In this document: in pieces, positions 15,106-22,918 of the stretch | How positions within the stretch are numbered: the stretch's first letter is position 1 | How the letters are laid out: every line of letters begins with the position of its first letter | Source of the DNA: Chloroflexota bacterium | Lineage (GTDB): Bacteria > Chloroflexota > Dehalococcoidia > Lucifugimonadales > JADFKI01 | Assembly (NCBI GenBank): GCA_009840355.1 | Contig: VXNZ01000014.1 | Coordinates: forward strand, 64,567 to 128,566 | Direction: 5' to 3' | DNA: 64,000 nucleotides | The notes under the pieces: generated by a model | Seen by the model: only the letters and a program-made list of their open reading frames with translations | What the model was told of the DNA's origin: nothing | Database searches by the model: none | Translations under genes and position numbers: made by a program

Positions 15106-16815
15106 CTACAAACCTTCCGCATAAGCCGCTTGGAATGTATCCACGCCGGCACGGGTGCCATCTTCGCCGCGCACGATGGCTACTGGGCTGGCAAATGTCG
15201 GAAAGCCGGACGCGATGAAGCTCTCAGGGATCGCGCGGATGTCGTGGCCGCGCCGTTCCAGCTCGGCGACTATTGTAGCGTCAAGGCGCGGGTCGATACT
15301 GGTGTGCGGCGTGCTGCAGTCCACGCGCGGCGAGTCTATCGCCGCTTGCGGGCCCATGTCGTAGTCGATGACCTTGACAATCTGCTGCGTTACGCAATTC
15401 GTTATGCGCCGACCGCCTGATGCGCCGACCGCCATTCGCACGCCGTCCTTGTTCATCACCAGCGCGGGCGTCATATTGTTCAGCGGCAGCCTGCCCGGAG
15501 CGATTGAATTAATGCGCCCAGGCACCGGGTCGAACCACATCATGCCGTTATTCATAATCACGCCCGTGCCCTTGGGTATGATGCCAGAGCCAAATCCGGA
15601 CATTATCGTGTTCGTAATCGACACGCCGTTTCCTTCGGAGTCGGTTACCACTAGATGCGTCGTGCCTTTGTCCTCGGCGGGACGGCTGGCGGGCAGCACG
15701 CTGGTCGGCTCCCTCCCCTCCTGAACCCACGGATTGCCCGCTTCGGCGGCGCCATTCATCGAATCCGTAATCGTCGCGCGGCGCAACTCGGTGTACTCGT
15801 CAGACACTAGCCCGTTCCACGGCACATCGGCGAATGCGGGGTCAGCGAGATATTGGAATCGGTCCGCGTACGCCAGGCGAGCGCTGGAAATGTAGGCGTG
15901 CAGCATGTCCGCTGAATTGTGTTCCATCGACGACAAATCAAAGCCGTCCAACAGTTTCAGCGTCATCGCGCTCGTGATGCCGGCGCATGCGAATGGCGGA
16001 ACGCGGACAGTATGCCCACGATACTTGAACTCCAAGCCGCTGTCCCAGATTTTAGGCTCGTAATTCGCCATGTCCTCTTCGGACAAAATGCCGCCGTTGT
16101 TCTGAATGTCTGAAGTGATCGCCTTTGCAATGTCGCCCTTGTAGAATGCGTTAGGACCGCCCTTGCCTATTGCTTCGAGAACATCAGCGAGTTCCGGCTG
16201 CTTGAGCACTGCCCTGTCCACAACATCACCCATCGGCATATTGCCGCCGGGCATCAGCACGCGGCGCAACTCGTCGTAGCGCAGCAGCATTCCTGCCGTG
16301 GTGCTTATCTGATTCAGCCCGAATAGGTTGGGGATGAACCCGTCCCGCGCCAGACTGACTGCGGGAGCGACCACCTCACTGAGGGGCAGTTTGCCGAAAC
16401 GACGATGCGCTTCGCAAAGTCCTGCAACTGCGCCGGGTGTAGCGATGGCGCGAAATCCTTCGATATTCTCGTCATTGACCACGCCGGGCCAGCCGAATGA
16501 GCCGGTCGCTGCCTCTCCGGTGAGTTCGTACATATCAGGAGTAGCGGCGAGCGGTCCCTTCATTGGAAATCCGATAACGCCGCCTTGTTCGCCGACCTGA
16601 TAGACTAAGTATCCGCCGCCACCGATTCCGGAGGATGCGGGTTCGATGACGCCAATGGCGAAACATGATGCGACCGCGGCATCGACAGCATTACCGCCCT
16701 GCGCGAGCATTCGCAGGCCTGCACGAGTTGCCTCGCGGTCTTTCGTCGCGACCATCGCGGACGGCGCGCGCGCTTCTTCTTTAACTACGCGGGTGGTTGT
16801 GGGCTGGGATTGCAT
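15106..16815 (-). CDS. ggt: Gamma-glutamyltransferase family protein
   Basis: 569 aa. GGT N-terminal region (ATKDREATRAGLRMLAQGGNAVDAAVA) and the autoprocessing/catalytic Thr context (EDKGTTHLVVTDSEGNGVS). No obvious signal peptide. Confidence 0.88.
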   Translation of the reverse strand: MQSQPTTTRVVKEEARAPSAMVATKDREATRAGLRMLAQGGNAVDAAVASCFAIGVIEPASSGIGGGGYLVYQVGEQGGVIGFPMKGPLAATPDMYELTGEAATGSFGWPGVVNDENIEGFRAIATPGAVAGLCEAHRRFGKLPLSEVVAPAVSLARDGFIPNLFGLNQISTTAGMLLRYDELRRVLMPGGNMPMGDVVDRAVLKQPELADVLEAIGKGGPNAFYKGDIAKAITSDIQNNGGILSEEDMANYEPKIWDSGLEFKYRGHTVRVPPFACAGITSAMTLKLLDGFDLSSMEHNSADMLHAYISSARLAYADRFQYLADPAFADVPWNGLVSDEYTELRRATITDSMNGAAEAGNPWVQEGREPTSVLPASRPAEDKGTTHLVVTDSEGNGVSITNTIMSGFGSGIIPKGTGVIMNNGMMWFDPVPGRINSIAPGRLPLNNMTPALVMNKDGVRMAVGASGGRRITNCVTQQIVKVIDYDMGPQAAIDSPRVDCSTPHTSIDPRLDATIVAELERRGHDIRAIPESFIASGFPTFASPVAIVRGEDGTRAGVDTFQAAYAEGL

Positions 16816-16986
16816 ATCTATGCGTCCTCCTTATATTGCAAATTTGGCTGTTGCCGTTGCCTTTGTGTTTCCGATGGTAACTTTATCACATTGGCGGGAT
16901 TTGCGATAAGCCGTTCTTCTCAAAGAGGACGACTTAGATAGATGAGATTCGCAGTATAAGAAACAGGTGTAAAAGCACAGACATCA

Positions 16987-17021
16987 CTGTGATTGACCGC
17001 GAGAGATCACAGGCATATAAT
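16987..17021 (+). promoter_or_regulatory. Near-consensus promoter with an overlapping inverted-repeat operator, upstream of the 17056-18703 operon
   Basis: TTGACC (16993..16998), a 17-nt spacer, then TATAAT (17016..17021). The inverted repeat CTGTGAT (16987..16993) / ATCACAG (17006..17012) straddles the -35 box and the spacer. Confidence 0.5.
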
Positions 17022-17055
17022 CGGCGCAACACCAGTTTGCTAATGGAGAACATTC

Positions 17056-18087
17056 TTGAGCACGCAATCACTGACATCGGAGTTGTTTGAATTTGACAGT
17101 TCGTCCGACGCTATCGAGCATTACTTTCGCGTAGGCTGGACTGATGGGTTGCCAGTCGTGCCGCCCACGCCGGAGAAGGTCGGCGAAATGCTCGACTATG
17201 TTGGCCGCTCACCGTCGGAAATTTTGGGGACTGAGCCTACAAAAGGTCGGGTCATTACCGTCGAGAAAGTGGCGATTAACGCCGTAATGGCAGGCTGTCT
17301 GCCGGAGTATTTTCCGGTCGTGTTGGCGGCGGTCGAAGCGCTGTGCGAGCCGCAGTTCAACCTGCACGCGATAACGGTCAGCACGATGGGCGCCGCTGTG
17401 CTCGCTGTCGTCAGCGGACCCGTCGCAGACGACCTGGCGATGAACTCGTCGGTGAGCGTGTTCGGTCCCGGGCATCGTGCGAACGCGACCATCGGGCGCG
17501 CGATTCGCCTTGTAATCATCAATGTAACCGGCGCGTTGCCCGGCGTACTCGACAAGGCGACGTTGGGGCATCCGGGCAAATACACCTGGTGCATCGCGGA
17601 GGCGGAGCAAGTCAGCCCGTGGGAACCGTTGCACGAAGAGCGCGGCTTGGCGGCAGGCACGAGCGCGATAACACTGTTTGCCGGCCTGTCTGCGACGCAA
17701 GTGCCAAATCACACCGGCAACACGCCCGAAACGATACTCGTGAGTTTCCGAGATGCTATGTTCGCAGCGGGATACGGACAAGGCGAGCTTGTCGTCGTTC
17801 TTTGCCCTGAGCATGTCGGCTACCTAGGTGCGGCGGGTTGGAGCAAGGCGGATGTCAAGCGCTTCCTGCACGAAAACGCCCAGCGCACGGTTACGGAGTG
17901 GCAAAGCTCAGGACGCGAAATGCCCGACGGCTTGGACGCGGACGCAGTGTTGGCAACGGCAGACTCGCCGGACAGCATTACACTACTCGTCGCCGGCGGT
18001 TTCGCGGGTGCGTTTTCGCAAGTGATTCCCTTGTGGGGCGGCGGGTCGAATTCGCGCTCGGTGTGCCGTCAGATTGAATTGCCTTAG
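17056..18087 (+). CDS. Conserved-looking hypothetical protein, upstream partner of the UGSC selenoprotein gene
   Basis: 343-aa ORF. TTG start with GGAGA 7 nt upstream. Globular-looking composition (…GWTDGLPVVPPTPEKV…, …AINAVMAGCLPEYFPV…). No family recognised. A 73-nt gap separates it from the next gene. Confidence 0.6.
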   Translation: MSTQSLTSELFEFDSSSDAIEHYFRVGWTDGLPVVPPTPEKVGEMLDYVGRSPSEILGTEPTKGRVITVEKVAINAVMAGCLPEYFPVVLAAVEALCEPQFNLHAITVSTMGAAVLAVVSGPVADDLAMNSSVSVFGPGHRANATIGRAIRLVIINVTGALPGVLDKATLGHPGKYTWCIAEAEQVSPWEPLHEERGLAAGTSAITLFAGLSATQVPNHTGNTPETILVSFRDAMFAAGYGQGELVVVLCPEHVGYLGAAGWSKADVKRFLHENAQRTVTEWQSSGREMPDGLDADAVLATADSPDSITLLVAGGFAGAFSQVIPLWGGGSNSRSVCRQIELP

Positions 18088-18160
18088 TTAGAATGTTGGC
18101 TGAAAGTGCCACTGATAGTAAGGTGCTGCAAATACGCAGCCGAATTAAGGAGGAAGGACT

Positions 18161-18703
18161 ATGGTAACTGCGGAAAGAGTCCAAGTTCTTGACCCGACCG
18201 TTCATGCGATACCGAACGACGCGGTCGTAGCGGAGCGGCCGGATACGCTTGAAGGCAAAGTAATCGGCTTGCTGGCGAACGGCAAGATTAACTCTGAGGA
18301 AATACTGGCGCTCACACAGGAAGTGCTGGCAGACCGTTATGAGTTCAAGTCGGTTGTGGCTCGGAACAAGATGAACGCCTCGCGCCCATGCCCGGATCAC
18401 ATCATCGACGAGCTTGTGGAGCAATGCGACGTGGTAATTACCTCGTCGGGCGATTGAGGATCTTGCTCATCGTGCAGTGTGCACGACGGAATTACCCTTG
18501 AAAAGCGTGGTGTCCCTACAGCGGTCATCTGCACCGAGCCGTTCATATCCAGCGGCAAGGCGATGTCAAACATCGGTGGCATACCGGACTACCCTTTCGT
18601 TGTGCTGCCGCATCCGCTGGGCAGCCTCGACGAAGAGCGGTTGCGCGAACGCGCGATACAGGCGGCGCCCGAAGTGCTGCGCATTTTGCTGGCGCGTGGA
18701 TAG
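18161..18703 (+). CDS. Selenoprotein candidate with a U-G-S-C motif (in-frame UGA at 18455..18457 decoded as Sec)
   Basis: ORFs 18161..18457 and 18479..18703 share a frame, and TGA at 18455..18457 is the only stop between them. Read-through gives ...VVITSSGD-U-GSCSSCSVHDGITLEKRGVP... (180 aa). AAGGAGG lies 7 nt before ATG 18161, while the second ORF has no independent start signal. A SECIS-like hairpin follows the TGA. tRNA-Sec and selA are in the same window. Confidence 0.75.
18466..18490 (+). promoter_or_regulatory. SECIS-like recoding hairpin
   Basis: U-CGUGCA-GUG-UGCACG-A (18470..18486), a 7-bp stem plus an outer C-G pair (18468/18488). The stem starts 13 nt after the UGA and the apical G/U-containing loop lies about 20 nt after it. 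Confidence 0.55.
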
Positions 18704-18806
18704 TAACTTAACAGGATGAACAGATTTAGGGGATGGGATAGTCTGCATGACTCATATCGGTCAGTTGGACAATCCCATCCTTGACGCCTGATTGCTAGAG
18801 TGAGAA

Positions 18807-19094
18807 TCACTCAGCGACTTGGAAGCGCTCGGATTCTGGATGCTTGGACCATAGCGCGTCTGCGCCAGTCATTACGGCGGCACGCTCAGGGCTGGCGCGC
18901 CAGACTTCGTAGATGTCGTCGCTGCCCCACTTCACCATCGTGGTGATTTTCGTGGGATCGTTGAGCGAGTAGAATGTTTCGCGGCTTACGAAGCCGGGTG
19001 CCCTGCTCTGTGCCGCGCCGTTGCGGTCAAGAAGCTCGCGCGCTTCGTCAATCATGTCGTCCTTTGCCCAATGATGTGTGAGAACGCCTATCAT
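18807..19094 (-). CDS. Antibiotic-biosynthesis-monooxygenase (ABM)-like small protein
   Basis: 95 aa from ATG 19094 (AGAGGAAG upstream). Ferredoxin-like ABM pattern (MIGVLTHHWAKDD...GFVSRETFYSL...ITTMVKWGSDDIYEVW). Confidence 0.6.
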   Translation of the reverse strand: MIGVLTHHWAKDDMIDEARELLDRNGAAQSRAPGFVSRETFYSLNDPTKITTMVKWGSDDIYEVWRASPERAAVMTGADALWSKHPESERFQVAE

Positions 19095-19195
19095 TTGTCT
19101 TCCTCTTTGAGTTTCATCGTTCGTGATTCCAACAACGCACGCGTTCAATCGCATGCGTGCAATCAGATTATACAGGATTAGGTCTGGACAGAATT

Positions 19196-19996
19196 ATGGT
19201 TGACAAGAAGCGAGTGCTCGTTACGGGAATAGCGGGGCAAATTGGCGGTATCATTCGGCGCGAACTTGGCGAACGATACTACCTGAGCGGTATCGATCAG
19301 GTCGATGTAGAATCCGTGCCGATGATGGTCGCGGACATAGCGAACCTAAACGACATATTACCGGCGTTCGAGGGTATTGACGTGGTGGTGCATCTTGGCG
19401 CAGACCCAAGTCCGCGTGCATCGTGGGAGTCGGTACTGAGCAGCAACATCATTGGGACGCGCAATGTGTACGAGGCGGCGCGGCTGTCCGGCGTGAAGCG
19501 CGTCGTGTTCGCCAGCAGCAACCATGCCGTCGGCAATTACCCGATGCGTCAGGACCCGTACAAGGCTATTTACGACGGCAGACTTGGCGAAATCCGCCGT
19601 CCGTTCGACCCGCTGACGCCCGACTTGCTGCGGCCGGATAGCTACTATGGCGTGAGCAAGGCGTTCGGGGAATCTCTAGGCAGCTACTTCCACGACGAAT
19701 ATGGCATTTCGGTCATCTGCCTGCGGATTGGCTGGGTGATGACTCCCGACGACCCGACTTTCGCTCCCTCCGCGCTGTCGCTTTGGCTGAGTCACCGGGA
19801 CGCGGCGCAACTCATTCAGAAGAGCATCGACGCGCCGCAGTCGGTCGGATTCACCGTTGTCAACGGCGAATCCGACAATGCACTGAGCATCTGGGACATC
19901 GATACAACCCGGCGAGTGCTTGGCTACGAACCACAAGACGGCGCGAGTGAAGATTGGGAGGAGAGGCCGGGCACTACCGGGCCTATGGGGATATGA
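19196..19996 (+). CDS. NAD-dependent epimerase/dehydratase family (extended SDR)
   Basis: From ATG 19196 the protein starts MVDKKRVLVTGIAGQIGGIIRREL (Rossmann GxxGxxG). Catalytic YxxxK is in YYGVSKAFGE. Confidence 0.82.
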   Translation: MVDKKRVLVTGIAGQIGGIIRRELGERYYLSGIDQVDVESVPMMVADIANLNDILPAFEGIDVVVHLGADPSPRASWESVLSSNIIGTRNVYEAARLSGVKRVVFASSNHAVGNYPMRQDPYKAIYDGRLGEIRRPFDPLTPDLLRPDSYYGVSKAFGESLGSYFHDEYGISVICLRIGWVMTPDDPTFAPSALSLWLSHRDAAQLIQKSIDAPQSVGFTVVNGESDNALSIWDIDTTRRVLGYEPQDGASEDWEERPGTTGPMGI

Positions 19997-20052
19997 GGGG
20001 AAACAGATCCTTTCAGAGATGGGAGTGGTCGTTGCAAGGCATCAGGATGTCG

Positions 20053-20082
20053 GATAGTTGCTGCATAGATAGTTGCTGCATA
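20053..20082. repeat. Perfect 15-nt tandem duplication in a convergent intergenic region
   Basis: GATAGTTGCTGCATA at 20053..20067 is repeated exactly at 20068..20082. Confidence 0.9.
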
Positions 20083-20128
20083 TAAGTGTGTATTGTCGGA
20101 CAATCTGTTGCAGCGTACCTTGCGAAGT

Positions 20129-20584
20129 TCACGCCTCACGGTGTCGAAACAGGCGATACAGATATGGCGCGGCGGCGAAGACATTCGCGGCGATGATGGA
20201 AGCTGTAATGACGGTACCAAGCAGGTCGCCAATGTCGATGACTGGGACGCGCTGCGATCCTCCAAGCAACCCGTAGTACGAATACACGCCTCTTATTTCC
20301 AGAGTCAACCATGCGGTCAGTGCGGTCGCCGGTGGCACGGCTGCGGTGATTGCCACTTTCAGACCTGTCGGTGCATCCGAGTTCCACCACGCGGCAACGC
20401 CTCCGATGCCTGCCGGCACGCCGATTAGCAGCGACTGCATGATGTAGATGGTCGTCGTGTCAAGCGCGACATATTGCAGAAAGAGCCTCGACAAGACCCA
20501 GGTCACGGCGGCGAGCGCGACTGATGCAAATATGCCCACGCACAGCCGAACGAGTATCCAGACACCGGTTTCGAGGTTCAGCAT
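20129..20584 (-). CDS. Hypothetical integral membrane protein (about 4 TM helices)
   Basis: 151-aa hydrophobic ORF (…WILVRLCVGIFASVALAAVTWVL…, …LLIGVPAGIGGVAAWW…). No family recognised. Confidence 0.55.
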   Translation of the reverse strand: MLNLETGVWILVRLCVGIFASVALAAVTWVLSRLFLQYVALDTTTIYIMQSLLIGVPAGIGGVAAWWNSDAPTGLKVAITAAVPPATALTAWLTLEIRGVYSYYGLLGGSQRVPVIDIGDLLGTVITASIIAANVFAAAPYLYRLFRHREA

Positions 20585-20682
20585 CGGCTTGCGAAGGAGC
20601 GGAATCTATGGCTGTGAATCGGGCAGGAATAAACCATGGTCAAGATGGTATATGCCCCTTTCCGAGTTCTGCCCAGAAATAG

Positions 20683-20707
20683 AAAGGCGTCAGTATTTGA
20701 CGCCTTT
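20683..20707 (-). terminator. Intrinsic terminator candidate after the ABC permease genes
   Basis: Perfect 10-bp stem AAAGGCGTCA (20683..20692) / TGACGCCTTT (20698..20707) with a 5-nt loop. Lies 23 nt downstream of the permease stop. On the minus strand the stem runs into CUUUCUAUUUCU. Confidence 0.55.
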
Positions 20708-20729
20708 CGCGCTTATCAATGAATCCGGA

Positions 20730-21752
20730 CTAGCCTATCTGCTGCAGCCTTGGGTCAAGGCGGTCGCGCAGCCAGTCGCCAGTGAAGTTCAACGACAGCA
20801 CAACCATAAAGATTGCAAGACCGGGCAGTACAGTAGGCCACCAAGCGGTGCTGATGTAGCTCCTGCCCTCGGAGACCATGCTGCCCCAAGTGGCGTCCGG
20901 TGCTGGGACACCTGCACCCAAGAAGCTGAGCGCCGCCTCCGCCAGAATCAACGAACCGACAATGAGTGTCGCGATTACGACCGCCGTGTTGATGACGCCG
21001 GGAACGATGTGCCTGATGAGGATGCGCGCAGTGGAACAGCCGGCGACACGAGCCAAATCTACAAACGCCTGATTTTTGATTGTCAGCGTCTGACCACGGA
21101 TTACCCTGACGAACGGCACCCACGAGAGCGCCGCCATCAGCGCGAGAAGCAGCACGGTGCTCTGCCCGAAGATAAGGACGCAGACGAGTGCGACCATTAG
21201 GAATGGCAACGCCTGCCAGATGTCCACTGCGCGAGTTATGATTTCGTCTATCCAGCCGCCTGCGTAGCCACCGATGACGCCCATCGATGTGCCGACTATG
21301 AAGCCGAAGACTAGCGCGATCGCCGCGACCCACAAGGATATGCGCGCTCCGTGCAGCATGCGGGTAAAGACATCACGGCCGGAGTGGTCGGTGCCGAAAA
21401 TGTGGAACTGGCAAACATCGGCGCGCTTTGTTGTCTCGGGGTCGCCCGTGACGGCGCGCCAAAGGCAACTGCCAGCGTCTTCGCCGTTCTCACGTAGGCG
21501 GTCGTATCGCTCGTCGTCCATCCAGATAGGCGGATAGTGGCGATCGCGGATTCCACCTGCTGCTTCCCCGTGAGTCGCGAGCGCAGGCGCGAATATCCCG
21601 CAGAAGATTAGGATCGCGAGGATGGTCATGGGTATGACGGGCCAGCGCCGAATGAAGCGCCAAGTCGAGTTCAACTGCTGCAGTACCGGCGGGTACTGGC
21701 GCATACCCATAAGATCGCGTTCGAGATCGGTCATTGTAGGATTAGACTGCAT
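20730..21752 (-). CDS. ABC transporter permease (peptide/nickel type, DppC/OppC-like)
   Basis: 340 aa. Multi-TM with the EAA-type loop context (…ARVAGCSTARILIRHIVPGV…) and LAEAALSFLGAGVP. Confidence 0.88.
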   Translation of the reverse strand: MQSNPTMTDLERDLMGMRQYPPVLQQLNSTWRFIRRWPVIPMTILAILIFCGIFAPALATHGEAAGGIRDRHYPPIWMDDERYDRLRENGEDAGSCLWRAVTGDPETTKRADVCQFHIFGTDHSGRDVFTRMLHGARISLWVAAIALVFGFIVGTSMGVIGGYAGGWIDEIITRAVDIWQALPFLMVALVCVLIFGQSTVLLLALMAALSWVPFVRVIRGQTLTIKNQAFVDLARVAGCSTARILIRHIVPGVINTAVVIATLIVGSLILAEAALSFLGAGVPAPDATWGSMVSEGRSYISTAWWPTVLPGLAIFMVVLSLNFTGDWLRDRLDPRLQQIG

Positions 21753-21754
21753 GG

Positions 21755-22732
21755 CTATTCATACCGTATGCGGGGGTCTATTAGCGCGTAAAGGATGTCC
21801 GCTAGGAATGCGAAGGTTACATAGATACCGAGGAAGACGAACACCGTGCCAGCCAGAAGGGGCCAGTCGTTATCGTACACAGCCTGGTTTAGCGCGACTG
21901 TGCCGATACCGGGCATAGAGAAGATAATCTCCACGACGAGCGCGCCGTTTAGGTAGTCCGCCAATAATACCAAGGCCGAAGTCAGCGGGGGAATGATGGC
22001 GTTACGAAGTCCGTGCTTCCAGATGATTGTCAGCGGACTAACGCCTTTCGCCCGCGCGAGTTTGATGAATTCGGAGTCGAGAATCTCAAGCATTGAAGAG
22101 CGCGTGAGGCGCATGATGCTGGCAGACGCGGGCCAGCCCAAGACGATACACGGCAATATGTAGTACTTGGCATTGCCCCAGTGCAGAGGGAAACCGTCGT
22201 ATTCACCAATGCCGCCGGTAGGGAAAAAGTCGAAGCCGAACCACTCTCGTAAGAGCACGGCAAAGAAGAAGATGGCTAGTACGCCCGACCAGAACTGCGG
22301 CGTCGCCTGCCCCATCAGGGCGAATATGCGTCCAATATAGTCCCAGAAAGTCGCGCGCTTCACAGCCGCTAATATGCCCATGCTGATGCCGACGGTAATG
22401 GCGAAGAGCCAAGCACCGGCGGCTAGAATCAGCGTTACGGCAATGTGAATGCGGATAATCTCGCTGACCGGCCTAAGCGTGCCAATCGATTGCCCCAGAT
22501 CGAACTGGAGCAAGTTCCACACCCATGTCAGGTATTGCATGGGTAGGTTCTTGTCCAAGCCCAGCTGCTCTTTGATGAGCTGGATTTGTTCCTCAGACAA
22601 CTCAACCTGCGCGTCTCCGATGTACAACGTCAGCGGGTCGGGACCGAGCCTGGTCAGAATGAAAATGAAGATTGTCGCCCCGATTAGGGAGATGAAGATT
22701 GAGAGTAACCTTCTTGCTAAGAACTTTGCCAT
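21755..22732 (-). CDS. ABC transporter permease (peptide/nickel type, DppB/OppB-like)
   Basis: 325 aa. Typical N-terminus MAKFLARRLLSIFISLIGATIFIFILTRL and ...FIKLARAKGVSPLTIIWKHGLRNA. Confidence 0.88.
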   Translation of the reverse strand: MAKFLARRLLSIFISLIGATIFIFILTRLGPDPLTLYIGDAQVELSEEQIQLIKEQLGLDKNLPMQYLTWVWNLLQFDLGQSIGTLRPVSEIIRIHIAVTLILAAGAWLFAITVGISMGILAAVKRATFWDYIGRIFALMGQATPQFWSGVLAIFFFAVLLREWFGFDFFPTGGIGEYDGFPLHWGNAKYYILPCIVLGWPASASIMRLTRSSMLEILDSEFIKLARAKGVSPLTIIWKHGLRNAIIPPLTSALVLLADYLNGALVVEIIFSMPGIGTVALNQAVYDNDWPLLAGTVFVFLGIYVTFAFLADILYALIDPRIRYE

Positions 22733-22868
22733 AGGGGACTTGAACCTCTTAGTCGGTTTAGCCTAGTTACGGCTTTCGTCTCAAATCGACGGGGACGGTT
22801 ACTTGTCCTGCTCCGGCAAGCATACCAATGCAGGAGGTCGAAATAGGGATGGACTAGATATGTGGGAA

Positions 22869-22894
22869 GGGAGAGGGAAAATATCCCCTCTCCC
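22869..22894 (-). other. Intercistronic GC-rich hairpin between the binding-protein and permease genes
   Basis: 9-bp perfect stem GGGAGAGGG (22869..22877) / CCCTCTCCC (22886..22894) with an 8-nt loop. Lies 25 nt downstream of the SBP stop. No U-tract follows. Confidence 0.45.
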
Positions 22895-22918
22895 CTACTT
22901 ATGATGAATTACAGGATT

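Noticed and set aside
18479-18703. Treating the 74-aa ORF as an independent small gene, and 18161..18457 as a complete 98-aa gene.
   Set aside because: The 74-aa ORF is in the same frame as the upstream ORF, with only a TGA between them. It has no ATG or SD, and its nominal GTG start is buried in the SECIS-like hairpin. The Sec machinery (selC, selA) is present. Read-through as one selenoprotein is the more economical reading. A pseudogene or two-gene interpretation cannot be fully excluded without homologues.
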